Source of the DNA: Hydrogenophaga sp.
GTDB lineage: Bacteria > Pseudomonadota > Gammaproteobacteria > Burkholderiales > Burkholderiaceae_C
DNA length: 64,000 nt
Reading direction: 5' to 3'
Assembly: GCF_019635465.1 (NCBI RefSeq)
Contig: NZ_JAHBZK010000016.1
Location: forward strand, 14,500 to 78,499
Each line of letters opens with the position of its first letter. The stretch's first letter is position 1. A program made the position numbers and the translations under genes. Under the pieces are notes generated by a model that searched no databases, was not told the DNA's origin, and worked only from the letters and a program-made list of their open reading frames with translations. Below are positions 9,050 through 17,736 of this stretch, piece by piece.

Positions 9050-10822
9050 ATGGCCATCTCTCGCAAGCCCGACACCAAACTCGCTGCCCCCATCTCGGTC
9101 AAGGATCGCCAGCTGGCGGCCTACCAGCTGGATCAGCTCCAGGCCCGGCACGCCCTGGGCACCCATGCGAACGGCCTGCTGAAGTTCAAAGACGGGGTGC
9201 TCTACAGCAAACCCGGCTCGGCCGACGACGTCGCGACCCGCTTCGGCAACCGGCCGGCGGCAGAACGCCAGCGCGACAAGACCGATGCGGCGCGCCAACG
9301 TCTGTGCGAAGCGATCGACCACGACTTTGGGGCAGGAACAGCCGCGCGCATTGGCCTTGATGCCGAGGATCGGGTTCTGCGCGGCAGCGACCTGTCGCAG
9401 GCCTTGTGCGAAGGCGCCGCAGCGCAAGCGCTGTACCACTTCGCCGTCTACTCCGATGACGACACAGAAAACATGCGCCGGACGATCCAGGGCATGTTGC
9501 CGGCGATGAGAGAACGGCTTCAGACGGAGGGCGCGCTCGCCATTCACGGGACCTACTCGGCCGACCAATGGAAGTGGGCCGCCAAGCAAGTGGTCCGGGA
9601 CAAATTCCCCGCGGCGACCGACAACTTCGATTTGGCCCGCAAACAAGTGGCGTCCAACCAGATACTTTCAGGGGCTCCCCCACATCACCAGGAAAACGTT
9701 GCGCGGACCATCAAGCGCAACATGCTCGCGCTCACGGGCAACGCCGGCATCATGATCCCAGCGCCACAGGCTGCCGCCGAGGTGACCGATTGCTATGTCA
9801 CCGTTGCCAAAGCGCTGACCAACCTGGGGGCTTTTCCCACGACAAACGCCGATACCGACGCCCTGTCCCGCGGTCAGAAGGCCGTGGAGGAGCTGTTGCC
9901 CACCCTGATTGACCGCAGTCTTGTCGGACCGCACCCAAGACCATCGCGCGCAGACGCTGCCAGCACGTTGGCGTTCGCGTTCGTCCTTCGCCAGCACATC
10001 GATCACTTGCCTGCCCCGCAGCTTGCCCACCTGCCGGATGACATCGATACCGCCATCGGCGAATGGATGGGCACGCTGGCGCAGCATCCCGACTTCGCCA
10101 GATACGACCGTGAGGCGCTGGACCTGATCAAGCAATGCCTCACCAGGGGCGAGCAACCCACCATCGCCAACCTGCTACAGCAGCGCCGCCTGGCGCAGTT
10201 GAACGACCCCACCATTTCCGCGGCGCAACGTCAGTCGGTGCTGACCGCCGCCACAACGAGCGCGATCGACGACCCGACCGGCTCGAACCCGTCGTTCCAG
10301 CCACGCTTCGATGCACTGTTGATCACGCTGAAATCGCCCCTGGAACAACCACGGCGCCAAGGCCGGCTGGACTCCGTTCTGGGTCCGTGGGTCACCCAGC
10401 TCCGCGCGGTGCTGCAGCCCTCGACGCCCACGGCCCCGGGCCTGCCGCTCGACGATGACGCCGCCACAGACGCCTGCCTGCAAGCCTTCGAGACTCTGCT
10501 TGCGAACCCGGCTTTCAGCCTGACGCCGGACATGAAGGCCGTGATGCAGGGCATCGACAGCAGCCAGCGACCGCCGAACGTGAAGGAAGCGCTGAAACAG
10601 CAATGGCTGTTCGACACACTGGCGACGCAGATCCTGCTTCCTGCGGTGCAGCGCCAGGGTCAGGCCGTCGACCCCATGCTGGGCATTCAGCGCGACGCTG
10701 GCGCCGAACGCATCGCCCGCCTTCTGACGGATCTGTTCAACCCCGACAACCTCGACCCACGCGTGCAACGCACCCGCAACGCCTGGCGCGCATTCGCAGA
10801 GAACGCAGCGGGCGCCGTTTGA
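9050..10822 (+). CDS. Orphan ~590-aa protein, candidate type III secretion effector
   Basis: Long ORF with no housekeeping motifs and no obvious signal peptide or transmembrane segment; hrp box upstream; CesT-like chaperone gene nearby. Start placed at ATG 9050 because ATG 9005 and 9023 fall inside the promoter motif. Confidence 0.6.
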   Translation: MAISRKPDTKLAAPISVKDRQLAAYQLDQLQARHALGTHANGLLKFKDGVLYSKPGSADDVATRFGNRPAAERQRDKTDAARQRLCEAIDHDFGAGTAARIGLDAEDRVLRGSDLSQALCEGAAAQALYHFAVYSDDDTENMRRTIQGMLPAMRERLQTEGALAIHGTYSADQWKWAAKQVVRDKFPAATDNFDLARKQVASNQILSGAPPHHQENVARTIKRNMLALTGNAGIMIPAPQAAAEVTDCYVTVAKALTNLGAFPTTNADTDALSRGQKAVEELLPTLIDRSLVGPHPRPSRADAASTLAFAFVLRQHIDHLPAPQLAHLPDDIDTAIGEWMGTLAQHPDFARYDREALDLIKQCLTRGEQPTIANLLQQRRLAQLNDPTISAAQRQSVLTAATTSAIDDPTGSNPSFQPRFDALLITLKSPLEQPRRQGRLDSVLGPWVTQLRAVLQPSTPTAPGLPLDDDAATDACLQAFETLLANPAFSLTPDMKAVMQGIDSSQRPPNVKEALKQQWLFDTLATQILLPAVQRQGQAVDPMLGIQRDAGAERIARLLTDLFNPDNLDPRVQRTRNAWRAFAENAAGAV

Positions 10823-10862
10823 CCGTTTGATTGAGTGAGGCGGTTGGCCAGCCGCCGCCGGC

Positions 10863-11312
10863 TCAAGCCCGACGCTGCGAGCGCGCCCAGCGCACGATGT
10901 CGGCCGCGCCCATGGCGCCCGGCTGGCGCGCCACCTCGCGCCCGCCCACGAACAGCGCCAGCGTAGGAATGCTGCGGATGTTCAAGGACGCGGCGAGCTG
11001 CTGGGCTTCTTCGGTGTTGACCTTCACCAACCGGAAGTTGGGCTCCAACTCGCGCGCGGCCGCCTCGAACTGCGGCGCCATCATGCGGCAGGGGCCGCAC
11101 CAGGGCGCCCAGAAGTCCACCAGCACCGGCAGATCGGACTTGGCGATCGTCCTGGCAAAACCCGCTTGGTCCAGCGCCACCGGCTTCCCCACGAACAGCG
11201 GCTGGTGACAGCGCCCGCAATCGGGGTCGCTGGCCAGCGCATCCGCGGCCAGGCGGTTGGTGGTGCCGCAATGCGGACACAGGGTGTGCAGTGGGGTGGT
11301 GGTGGCGCTCAT
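10863..11312 (-). CDS. trxC: Thioredoxin 2 (Zn-finger thioredoxin)
   Basis: N-terminal CPHC...CGRC zinc site plus WAPWCGPC. Confidence 0.93.
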   Translation of the reverse strand: MSATTTPLHTLCPHCGTTNRLAADALASDPDCGRCHQPLFVGKPVALDQAGFARTIAKSDLPVLVDFWAPWCGPCRMMAPQFEAAARELEPNFRLVKVNTEEAQQLAASLNIRSIPTLALFVGGREVARQPGAMGAADIVRWARSQRRA

Positions 11313-11383
11313 GTGTATTCAGGTGGGCCCGGATGTCGCCAACTCAAGAGCGCGGCATCCGTTGCGGGACAGGCGGCATCGGC

Positions 11384-11411
11384 GGAACCCAAGACCTGCG
11401 GGGGTTACCCA
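11384..11411 (+). promoter_or_regulatory. hrp-box-like ECF promoter (GGAACC-N15-TTACCCA)
   Basis: GGAACC at 11384-11389 and ACCCA at 11407-11411, the same spacing as the motif at 8996; 34 nt upstream of ATG 11446. Confidence 0.5.
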
Positions 11412-11445
11412 GCATGGCGAGCAACACTGCCTGACCCCGCGCACC

Positions 11446-11907
11446 ATGGACTCACTCGAACAGATCGATCAGCGCCTGGCCGACGTCGTCGACACATCGG
11501 CCAACCTGCTGGGCTTTGTGCGCGAAAGTGAGGCCCCCATCTGGACCCTGCTGTTTGCCGACGACGCCTGGGTGGACGTCGACATGCGCGGCGACGGGCT
11601 CTTGTCCATTGGTACCGAGATCGGTGGCTTGCCCGACCTGCTGGCATCCCAGCGCATGAACGAGTTGATGTTGAGCTACGCCGGCTTCACCCCGGACACC
11701 GCCTTCAGCATGACCCCCGACGGCGTGCGCCATCTGCGCCAGTACATGCCACGCGATGCACTCGATCAGCCCGGCTTCATCACCACGGTGGAAGGGTTTG
11801 TGGCCAAGGCGCAGGCCTGGCGCGAGCTGCTGCAAACGCCGCCCCGGCCCAGTGCCCGGGTAGCCGCCGAGGCACACCCTGGCCTTCTGCTTGACATGCG
11901 CGGCTGA
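11446..11907 (+). CDS. CesT/Tir-family (class I) type III secretion chaperone-like protein
   Basis: 153 aa, acidic; pattern WTLLFADD..VDV..LSIGTEIG..NELMLSY..FSM..LRQ, ending in the amphipathic helix VEGFVAKAQAWRELL typical of class I chaperones. Confidence 0.7.
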   Translation: MDSLEQIDQRLADVVDTSANLLGFVRESEAPIWTLLFADDAWVDVDMRGDGLLSIGTEIGGLPDLLASQRMNELMLSYAGFTPDTAFSMTPDGVRHLRQYMPRDALDQPGFITTVEGFVAKAQAWRELLQTPPRPSARVAAEAHPGLLLDMRG

Positions 11908-11938
11908 ACAACAGCCCGCTTGTTCGTGCACGAGGCGT

Positions 11939-12133
11939 TCAGATCAGGTAACCGATCAGCGACGCCACCATGCTCAGCAACACCGTGCTGGCAAACGGCA
12001 GAAACCACTCCCGCCCGAACGCCCGGAAGTGAAAGTCGCCAGGCAGCTTGCCCAGGCCCAGGCGCTTGAGCAGTGGCGTGACCCAGCTGATCAGCATCAG
12101 GGCCAAGAAGATGACGATCATCCAGCGAATCAT
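11939..12133 (-). CDS. DUF2905 family small membrane protein
   Basis: LGLGKLPGDFHF...LPFASTVLLS motif; 64 aa. Confidence 0.85.
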   Translation of the reverse strand: MIRWMIVIFLALMLISWVTPLLKRLGLGKLPGDFHFRAFGREWFLPFASTVLLSMVASLIGYLI

Positions 12134-12182
12134 TTTGGGCGTTGGGCGGAGGGCGGAGGGCGGAGGATGCCACGGGCTTGCC

Positions 12183-13316
12183 TCACAGCCGGTGGGTACG
12201 GTCCCCCTCGGCAAAGCCGATGGGCACCCACCCCGCGCTGCTGGCGCGTGGCGCCAGTGCGATGACCTTGAACAGCTCGCCCATCTCGTGCTCCAGGATC
12301 AGCTTCTGCATCTGCGCGTTGTCGCGCAGGTCGGCGTTGCGGGCGAGGTCGATCAAACCGGCGTTGAGCAGAAACCGGCCCTGGCTGGTGTAGCCGATCA
12401 CATCCAGCCCGGCGTCCTGCGCGGCCAGGGCAATGCCGGTGAAGTTGACGTGGGCAGTGATGTCCTGCTCGCCCGGCGCGGCCAGCACGTCGTCGCTGCG
12501 GCGGTGCGCGCGGTGGGCCACCAGGGTGCCCATGCTGCGCTGGGGGTGAAAGAACTCGGCCTCGGGAAAGCCATAGTCGACGAAGAAGGCGGCGCCGCGC
12601 TGCAGGCGATCACCCAGCGTGCGAACGAAGGCCTCGGCCTGCGGCTGCAGCTCGGTGAGGTAATCGTGGGTGCCCGGCACCTCGGTGGGTGGCCGTCGAT
12701 CGGTGGGGCGGTCGGCCCAGGCGAAGCGTTGGCCGTCGAGCGCCACGCCGCGCTCTAACCAACGGCCGTCCACGCGCGCGATCAGGCTCACCGGCATGGC
12801 GTCGAGCACCTCGTTGCCCACCACCACGCCCGCCATGTGCTCGGGCAGTGCGTCGAGCCACTGCACGCGATCCGCGTGGGCGGCCAGGGTGCTCTGCTGG
12901 CGCTCGCGCAGCGCGCCCGACAGATCGACGATGCGGTAGCGCGCCAGCGGTTGCCCCAGTTCGGCCAGACCCTCGATGAGTTGCAACGCCAGCGCGCCGC
13001 TGCCAGCGCCGAATTCCCAGACCTCGTCGGTGCCGGTGGCCGACAGCGCCTGCGCCACCTGGCGCGCCAGGGTGCGGCCGAACAGCGGTGACAACTCGGG
13101 CGCGGTGACGAAGTCGCTGCCCTGCTGCGGCAGCAGGCCGAACTTGCGGCTGGTGTTGGCGTAGTAGCCCAGGCCGGGTTCGTACAAGGCCATGGCCATG
13201 AAGCGCTCGAACGGCAGCCAGCCACCCGCATCGCGGATGGCCGCGGCAATGCGCAGCGACAGGGCGCTGGCTACACTCGACGGCTCGTTCACGGATGCGG
13301 TGTTCACGCGCCGCAT
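12183..13316 (-). CDS. SAM-dependent methyltransferase, MidA/NDUFAF7 family
   Basis: FMAMALYEPGLGYY, DFVTAPELS, EFGAGSG, NEVLDAMP, DITAHVNF, EMGELFKV; start uncertain (13292 or 13316). Confidence 0.9.
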   Translation of the reverse strand: MRRVNTASVNEPSSVASALSLRIAAAIRDAGGWLPFERFMAMALYEPGLGYYANTSRKFGLLPQQGSDFVTAPELSPLFGRTLARQVAQALSATGTDEVWEFGAGSGALALQLIEGLAELGQPLARYRIVDLSGALRERQQSTLAAHADRVQWLDALPEHMAGVVVGNEVLDAMPVSLIARVDGRWLERGVALDGQRFAWADRPTDRRPPTEVPGTHDYLTELQPQAEAFVRTLGDRLQRGAAFFVDYGFPEAEFFHPQRSMGTLVAHRAHRRSDDVLAAPGEQDITAHVNFTGIALAAQDAGLDVIGYTSQGRFLLNAGLIDLARNADLRDNAQMQKLILEHEMGELFKVIALAPRASSAGWVPIGFAEGDRTHRL

Positions 13317-13324
13317 TGTCCCCG

Positions 13325-14110
13325 ATGGCTTCCACGCAACCCGGCTCAACCCCTGCCCACCCCCGCACCGTGCTGGTCACCGGCGCCGGCAAGCGCCTGG
13401 GCCGCGAGATCGCGCTCACGCTGGCGCGGGCCGGCTGGCAGGTGGCCGTGCACCACCGGCACTCGGTCGATGACGCCCGCCAGACCGCGGCCGATGTCGA
13501 GGCCGCCGGCGCACGCGCCCAGACCTTCTTTGCCGACCTGGCCGACGAGCGCAGCGTGCGCGCGCTGCTGCCCGCGGTGGTGGCGCATTTCGGCGCGGTC
13601 GATGCGGTGGTCAACAGCGCCTCGACCTTCGAGCACGACAGCGCGCAAAGCTTCGACTACGGCGGCATGGAAACGCATTTGCGCGCCAACACCGGCGCCG
13701 CCGTGGTGCTGGCGCAGGCCCTGCACGAGCACCTGGGCAGCCGCGATGCACACGGCGCGGTGGTCAACCTGCTCGACCAGAAGCTGTGGAACATGAACCC
13801 CGATTTCTTCAGCTACACCTTGTCCAAGGCGGCGCTGGAAGCGGCCAACACCATGCTGGCGCTGGCCCTGGCGCCCCGCGTGCGGGTGGTCGGCGTGGCG
13901 CCCGGGCTCACGCTCACCAGCCACATGCTGTCGGACGAGAAGTTCGCGCAGTTGCACCGGCAGTCGCCGCTGGGGCGTTCGTCCACCCCGGCCGACGTGG
14001 CCTCGGCCGTGGCCTTTGCGCTGGCCAACGGCTCGATCACCGGCACCACGCTGCTGGTCGACGGCGGCCAGCACCTGATGCGCTTCGAGCGCGATTTCTC
14101 GCTGATGTGA
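13325..14110 (+). CDS. SDR oxidoreductase (pteridine reductase/FolM-like)
   Basis: VTGAGKRLG, VNSAS, YTLSK motifs; directly upstream of folB. Confidence 0.88.
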   Translation: MASTQPGSTPAHPRTVLVTGAGKRLGREIALTLARAGWQVAVHHRHSVDDARQTAADVEAAGARAQTFFADLADERSVRALLPAVVAHFGAVDAVVNSASTFEHDSAQSFDYGGMETHLRANTGAAVVLAQALHEHLGSRDAHGAVVNLLDQKLWNMNPDFFSYTLSKAALEAANTMLALALAPRVRVVGVAPGLTLTSHMLSDEKFAQLHRQSPLGRSSTPADVASAVAFALANGSITGTTLLVDGGQHLMRFERDFSLM

Positions 14111-14117
14111 GGCCCGC

Positions 14118-14492
14118 ATGTCCGTGAATGCCGCCGGCAACCAGATCCTCACCCTCACCGGGCTGCGCTTCGAAGCCAGCCTGGGCATCCTCGACCAGGA
14201 AATCGGCACACCGCAGCCGATCCAGGTCGACGCCGAACTCAACCAGGGCACGCAACCGCTGCTGCCCAAGGACGACGACATCGGCCATGTGCTCGACTAC
14301 CGAAAGGTGCGCCAGATCATCATCGACGAGTGCACCGCCGAGCACGTCAACCTGCTCGAGAGCCTGATCGGCAAGCTCACGCGGCGGCTGATGCAACTGC
14401 CCGGCGTGATCGGCGTGCGGGTGAAGATCGCCAAGCTCGAGATCTTTGACGACTGCGAAGTCGCCATCCGCATGGAGAGCGGCAGCTGGTGA
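14118..14492 (+). CDS. folB: Dihydroneopterin aldolase
   Basis: LGILDQE..PQPIQVD, VLDYRKVR, HVNLLESL, VRVKIAKL. Confidence 0.88.
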   Translation: MSVNAAGNQILTLTGLRFEASLGILDQEIGTPQPIQVDAELNQGTQPLLPKDDDIGHVLDYRKVRQIIIDECTAEHVNLLESLIGKLTRRLMQLPGVIGVRVKIAKLEIFDDCEVAIRMESGSW

Positions 14493-14499
14493 GGCGCGC

Positions 14500-15438
14500 T
14501 CAGCTCGCGCGCGGCACCTGGTCGCGCTCAAAGCGCTCACGGATGTCGACCACGGCGCTTTCCAGCGCACCCAGAAACAGGCCCATCGCCACCGCCGTCG
14601 TGTAGCCCGAGCGCTGATAGATGCAGCTGTGCTGGCGCGCGCCGGCATCGTCCAGCGGCACCCACACCAGCGCGCCGTCGGCCACCTCCTGCGTCACGTT
14701 CTCGGGTATCAGGAAGCCCACTGCGTGGCTGCCCGCCACCAGACGCCGCACCATGGGCACCGAGGTGGTTTCCACCAGGGGGCGGCCCAGCCGCGCCAGC
14801 CGCGGCTCGATGCGGTTGAGCATCGTGCGCAGCTCCATGTCGGGCGAGAGCATGACCATGGGCTGGTCCAGGCAGTCGCGCACGCGCAACCGGCGCGACC
14901 CGGCGGTCAGCGGGTGCCCGGGCGCGGTGACCACGCCCAGTTGCTGTGGGTGCGAACGCACCTCTTCGACGCCGGGCGGCGGCGCGCGGCGCAGACAGTA
15001 GGCGACGTCGATCTCGCCGTTGGCCAGCCAGCGCAGCAGGGTTTCGCCGTTGCCGGAACGCACGCTGAAGGTGATGCCCGGGTGGTGGCGCTGCACCGAT
15101 TCGACGACCTCGGGCAACAGGTACTCGGCGGTGGAATGCGACACACCCACATTGACGTGCCCGCGCCGCAGTGCGCGCAAATCCTCGACCTGGGCCAGCG
15201 CGGAGTCGAAGTCGCGCTGGCTGCGGCGCACAGCCGCAATCATGATTTCGCCGGCCGAGGTCAGCTGCATGCCGCGCGGCAGGCGATCGAACAGCGGCGT
15301 GCCGACCAAGGCCTCCAGCTTGAGGATCTGCTGGTTGACCGCTGCGGCCGTGAGGTGCAGCGACTCGGCCGCCTGGCGCACCGACCCCCGGCGCGCCACG
15401 GCATCGAAACAGCGAAACGACTGGGAGATGGCGGTCAC
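14500..15438 (-). CDS. LysR-family transcriptional regulator
   Basis: GSVRQAAESLHLTAAAVNQQILKLE..G.PLFDR helix-turn-helix; divergent from the arylsulfotransferase operon; GTG start at 15438 inferred. Confidence 0.92.
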   Translation of the reverse strand: MTAISQSFRCFDAVARRGSVRQAAESLHLTAAAVNQQILKLEALVGTPLFDRLPRGMQLTSAGEIMIAAVRRSQRDFDSALAQVEDLRALRRGHVNVGVSHSTAEYLLPEVVESVQRHHPGITFSVRSGNGETLLRWLANGEIDVAYCLRRAPPPGVEEVRSHPQQLGVVTAPGHPLTAGSRRLRVRDCLDQPMVMLSPDMELRTMLNRIEPRLARLGRPLVETTSVPMVRRLVAGSHAVGFLIPENVTQEVADGALVWVPLDDAGARQHSCIYQRSGYTTAVAMGLFLGALESAVVDIRERFERDQVPRAS

Positions 15439-15563
15439 ACCCGGACTGTACGTTTTTTCTTTACAGCCATCCAAAAACAAACAGCTATGCCTGACGCAAT
15501 CGCCTGCCTAGAGTGGCGTCCAACGTTGTGTTCTCACCCACTTCTCGCAACCGGGAGCAAAGC

Positions 15564-16679
15564 TTGGCCACCACCGTCGACCAGATCACCCAGCGCCGCC
15601 GCGGCGTCGGCCTGATCGCCCACGATCCCGCCCTGTCCGCTGGCGGCTACACACTGATCGCCCCGCAGACCGCGGACGGCCACGTCTACCTTGTGGCCGC
15701 CGACGGCGAGGTCGCGCACCAGTGGAAGCTGCCGGTGCGCGCCGGGCGCCACGCCGTCATCCTGCCCAACGGCAACCTGGGCTACAACGGCAACCACGCC
15801 CACTCCCCGGACCGTTACGCGCCGTGGTCGATGTGGCACGGCGGTGACTTCTACGAGGTCACGCCCGACGGCGAAGTGGTCTGGCACTTCGAGGACCCGG
15901 CCCACCACCACGACGCGCAGTGGCTGCCCAACGGCCACCTGCTCTACGCCGCCTGCGAGCAGGTGCCCACCGGCTTTGCCGCCACCGTGCCGGGCGGTAC
16001 TGCCCACGGCCCCGACGAAGTGATGTACGCCGACGTGATCCGCGAGGTCAACCGCGCGGGCGAACTGGTGTGGGAATGGAAGGCCTGGGAGCACCTCGAC
16101 CCGCAGCGCTTCCCGATCCACCCGGGCTTTGGGCGCTACCACTGGCCGCTGGTGAACGGCCTGGGCGTGATGGCCGACGGCTCGGTGCTGATGAGTCTGC
16201 GCACCACCGCCGGCGTCATCGGTGTGGACAAGGCCAGTGGCGCGGTCGGCCTGCACATTCCGCCCTCGGTGGTATCGCACCAGCACGCGCCGGTGCCACT
16301 GGCCAACGGGCACATCCTCATCTTCGACAACGGCAACTTCCGCGAAGGCTCTCACGTGGCCTTCTCGCGCGTGGTCGAGGTCGACCCCGCCAGCGGTCAG
16401 GTGGTGTGGAGCTACCAGGACGAAATGGTCAACGCCTTCTACACCGCCTTCATGGGCAACGCCCAGCGGCTGTGGAACGGCAACACGCACATCACCGAGT
16501 CGGCCACCGGGCGCCTGTTCGAGGTCACCCCCGCTGGTGAGGTGGTCTGGGAATACGTGATTCCCTGGTTCGCCGAGTACCCCGACGCCGCCGCGCGCAA
16601 GACCGGCCCCGGCCGCCTCAACAGTGTGTTCCAGACCTTCCGCTACCAGGCCGCCGATGTGCCCTGGCTGAAACGCTGA
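15564..16679 (+). CDS. Arylsulfotransferase (ASST)-like beta-propeller protein
   Basis: HHHDAQWLPNG, SHQHAP, ILIFDNG, SRVVEVDP, GNAQRL.NGNTHITES, FEVT..GEVVWEY; TTG start after GGAG; no signal peptide. Confidence 0.8.
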   Translation: MATTVDQITQRRRGVGLIAHDPALSAGGYTLIAPQTADGHVYLVAADGEVAHQWKLPVRAGRHAVILPNGNLGYNGNHAHSPDRYAPWSMWHGGDFYEVTPDGEVVWHFEDPAHHHDAQWLPNGHLLYAACEQVPTGFAATVPGGTAHGPDEVMYADVIREVNRAGELVWEWKAWEHLDPQRFPIHPGFGRYHWPLVNGLGVMADGSVLMSLRTTAGVIGVDKASGAVGLHIPPSVVSHQHAPVPLANGHILIFDNGNFREGSHVAFSRVVEVDPASGQVVWSYQDEMVNAFYTAFMGNAQRLWNGNTHITESATGRLFEVTPAGEVVWEYVIPWFAEYPDAAARKTGPGRLNSVFQTFRYQAADVPWLKR

Positions 16680-16750
16680 GCCCTGCCCCTGTCCACCTAG
16701 CACGCATTTCGCTTACCCACCCACGCCCACCCGCCGACACGAGGACCACC

Positions 16751-17734
16751 ATGAACCGCCCCTCCTTTGCCCTTGCCCGACGCGCCACCCTCACCACCCT
16801 CACCACCCTGGCAGCCTGTGCCGCCTGGGTGCTCGCCCCCGCCCACGCGCAGGACGCCAAGCCGGTGCGCGTGCTCACCAACTGGTTCGCACAGGCCGAC
16901 CAGGGCGGCTACTGGCAGGCCCAGCAGGACGACCTCGGCCGCGCCGCCGGCCTGAAGATCACGGTGCAGCAGGGTGGCCCGCGCATCCAGACCATTCCGC
17001 AAGTGGCCTCGGGCCAGGCCGAGTTCGGCGTCGGCAACGCCGACGACGTGCTGCTGGCGCGCCAGCGCGGCGTGCCGATCAAGGCCGTGTTTGCACACCT
17101 CGACCACGTGCCCTACACGCTCGTCTACCACGCCAACCCGGCGGTGAAGTCGATCAACGACCTGCAGGGGCGACCGTTCGCGGTGAGCCTGGGCTTCGCC
17201 TACTGGGAGTGGGCCAAGAAGCAATACAAGATCGCACCCTCGCGCGAGATGCCGGTGACCGGCGACCTCGGCCTGTTCCGCAACGACCCGACCATGGTGC
17301 AGCAGGGCCTGTACCTGTATCTGCCCGCGCGCATGAAGGCCGCCGGCATCGAGGTTGACCAGATCAAGATCGCCACGCTGGGCTACCGGCCCTACTACGT
17401 GCTGTTCACCACCGACGAGCTGATCCAGAAGAACCCGCAACTGGTCAAAGCCACCGTGGCGGCCATGCAGAAGGGCTGGGCCAACTTCATGCGCGACCCA
17501 CAAGCCATCAAGCCCTACCTGATGGGCCTGAACCAGCAGATCTCGTCCGACGTGCACGACGCCGCGACCCGCGACATGGCCAACGGCCTAGTGTCGCGCG
17601 ACCCCGCCAAGATGGGCTGCATGGCCGACTCACGCTGGAAGGAGTTGTCCGAACAGCTCAAGAGCGTGAACTTCCTGCCGGCCGACTTCGACGAGAAGCA
17701 GGCCTACGACACGCGCTTCGTGCCCGGTTGCTGA
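16751..17734 (+). CDS. ABC transporter substrate-binding protein (NMT1/THI5/SsuA-like)
   Basis: Signal peptide, LTNWFAQADQGGYWQA, QGGP, AEFGV motifs. Confidence 0.88.
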   Translation: MNRPSFALARRATLTTLTTLAACAAWVLAPAHAQDAKPVRVLTNWFAQADQGGYWQAQQDDLGRAAGLKITVQQGGPRIQTIPQVASGQAEFGVGNADDVLLARQRGVPIKAVFAHLDHVPYTLVYHANPAVKSINDLQGRPFAVSLGFAYWEWAKKQYKIAPSREMPVTGDLGLFRNDPTMVQQGLYLYLPARMKAAGIEVDQIKIATLGYRPYYVLFTTDELIQKNPQLVKATVAAMQKGWANFMRDPQAIKPYLMGLNQQISSDVHDAATRDMANGLVSRDPAKMGCMADSRWKELSEQLKSVNFLPADFDEKQAYDTRFVPGC

Positions 17735-17736
17735 AC

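Noticed and set aside
7967-9646. 559-aa extended glucokinase ORF suggesting a fusion
   Set aside because: Glucokinase motifs begin at ATG 8944; the extension is the antisense of the orphan gene.
16785-16809. 9-bp tandem repeat (CCACCCTCA, about 2.8 copies) in the binding-protein signal peptide
   Set aside because: In-frame and short, so it cannot cause phase variation; probably a local slippage.
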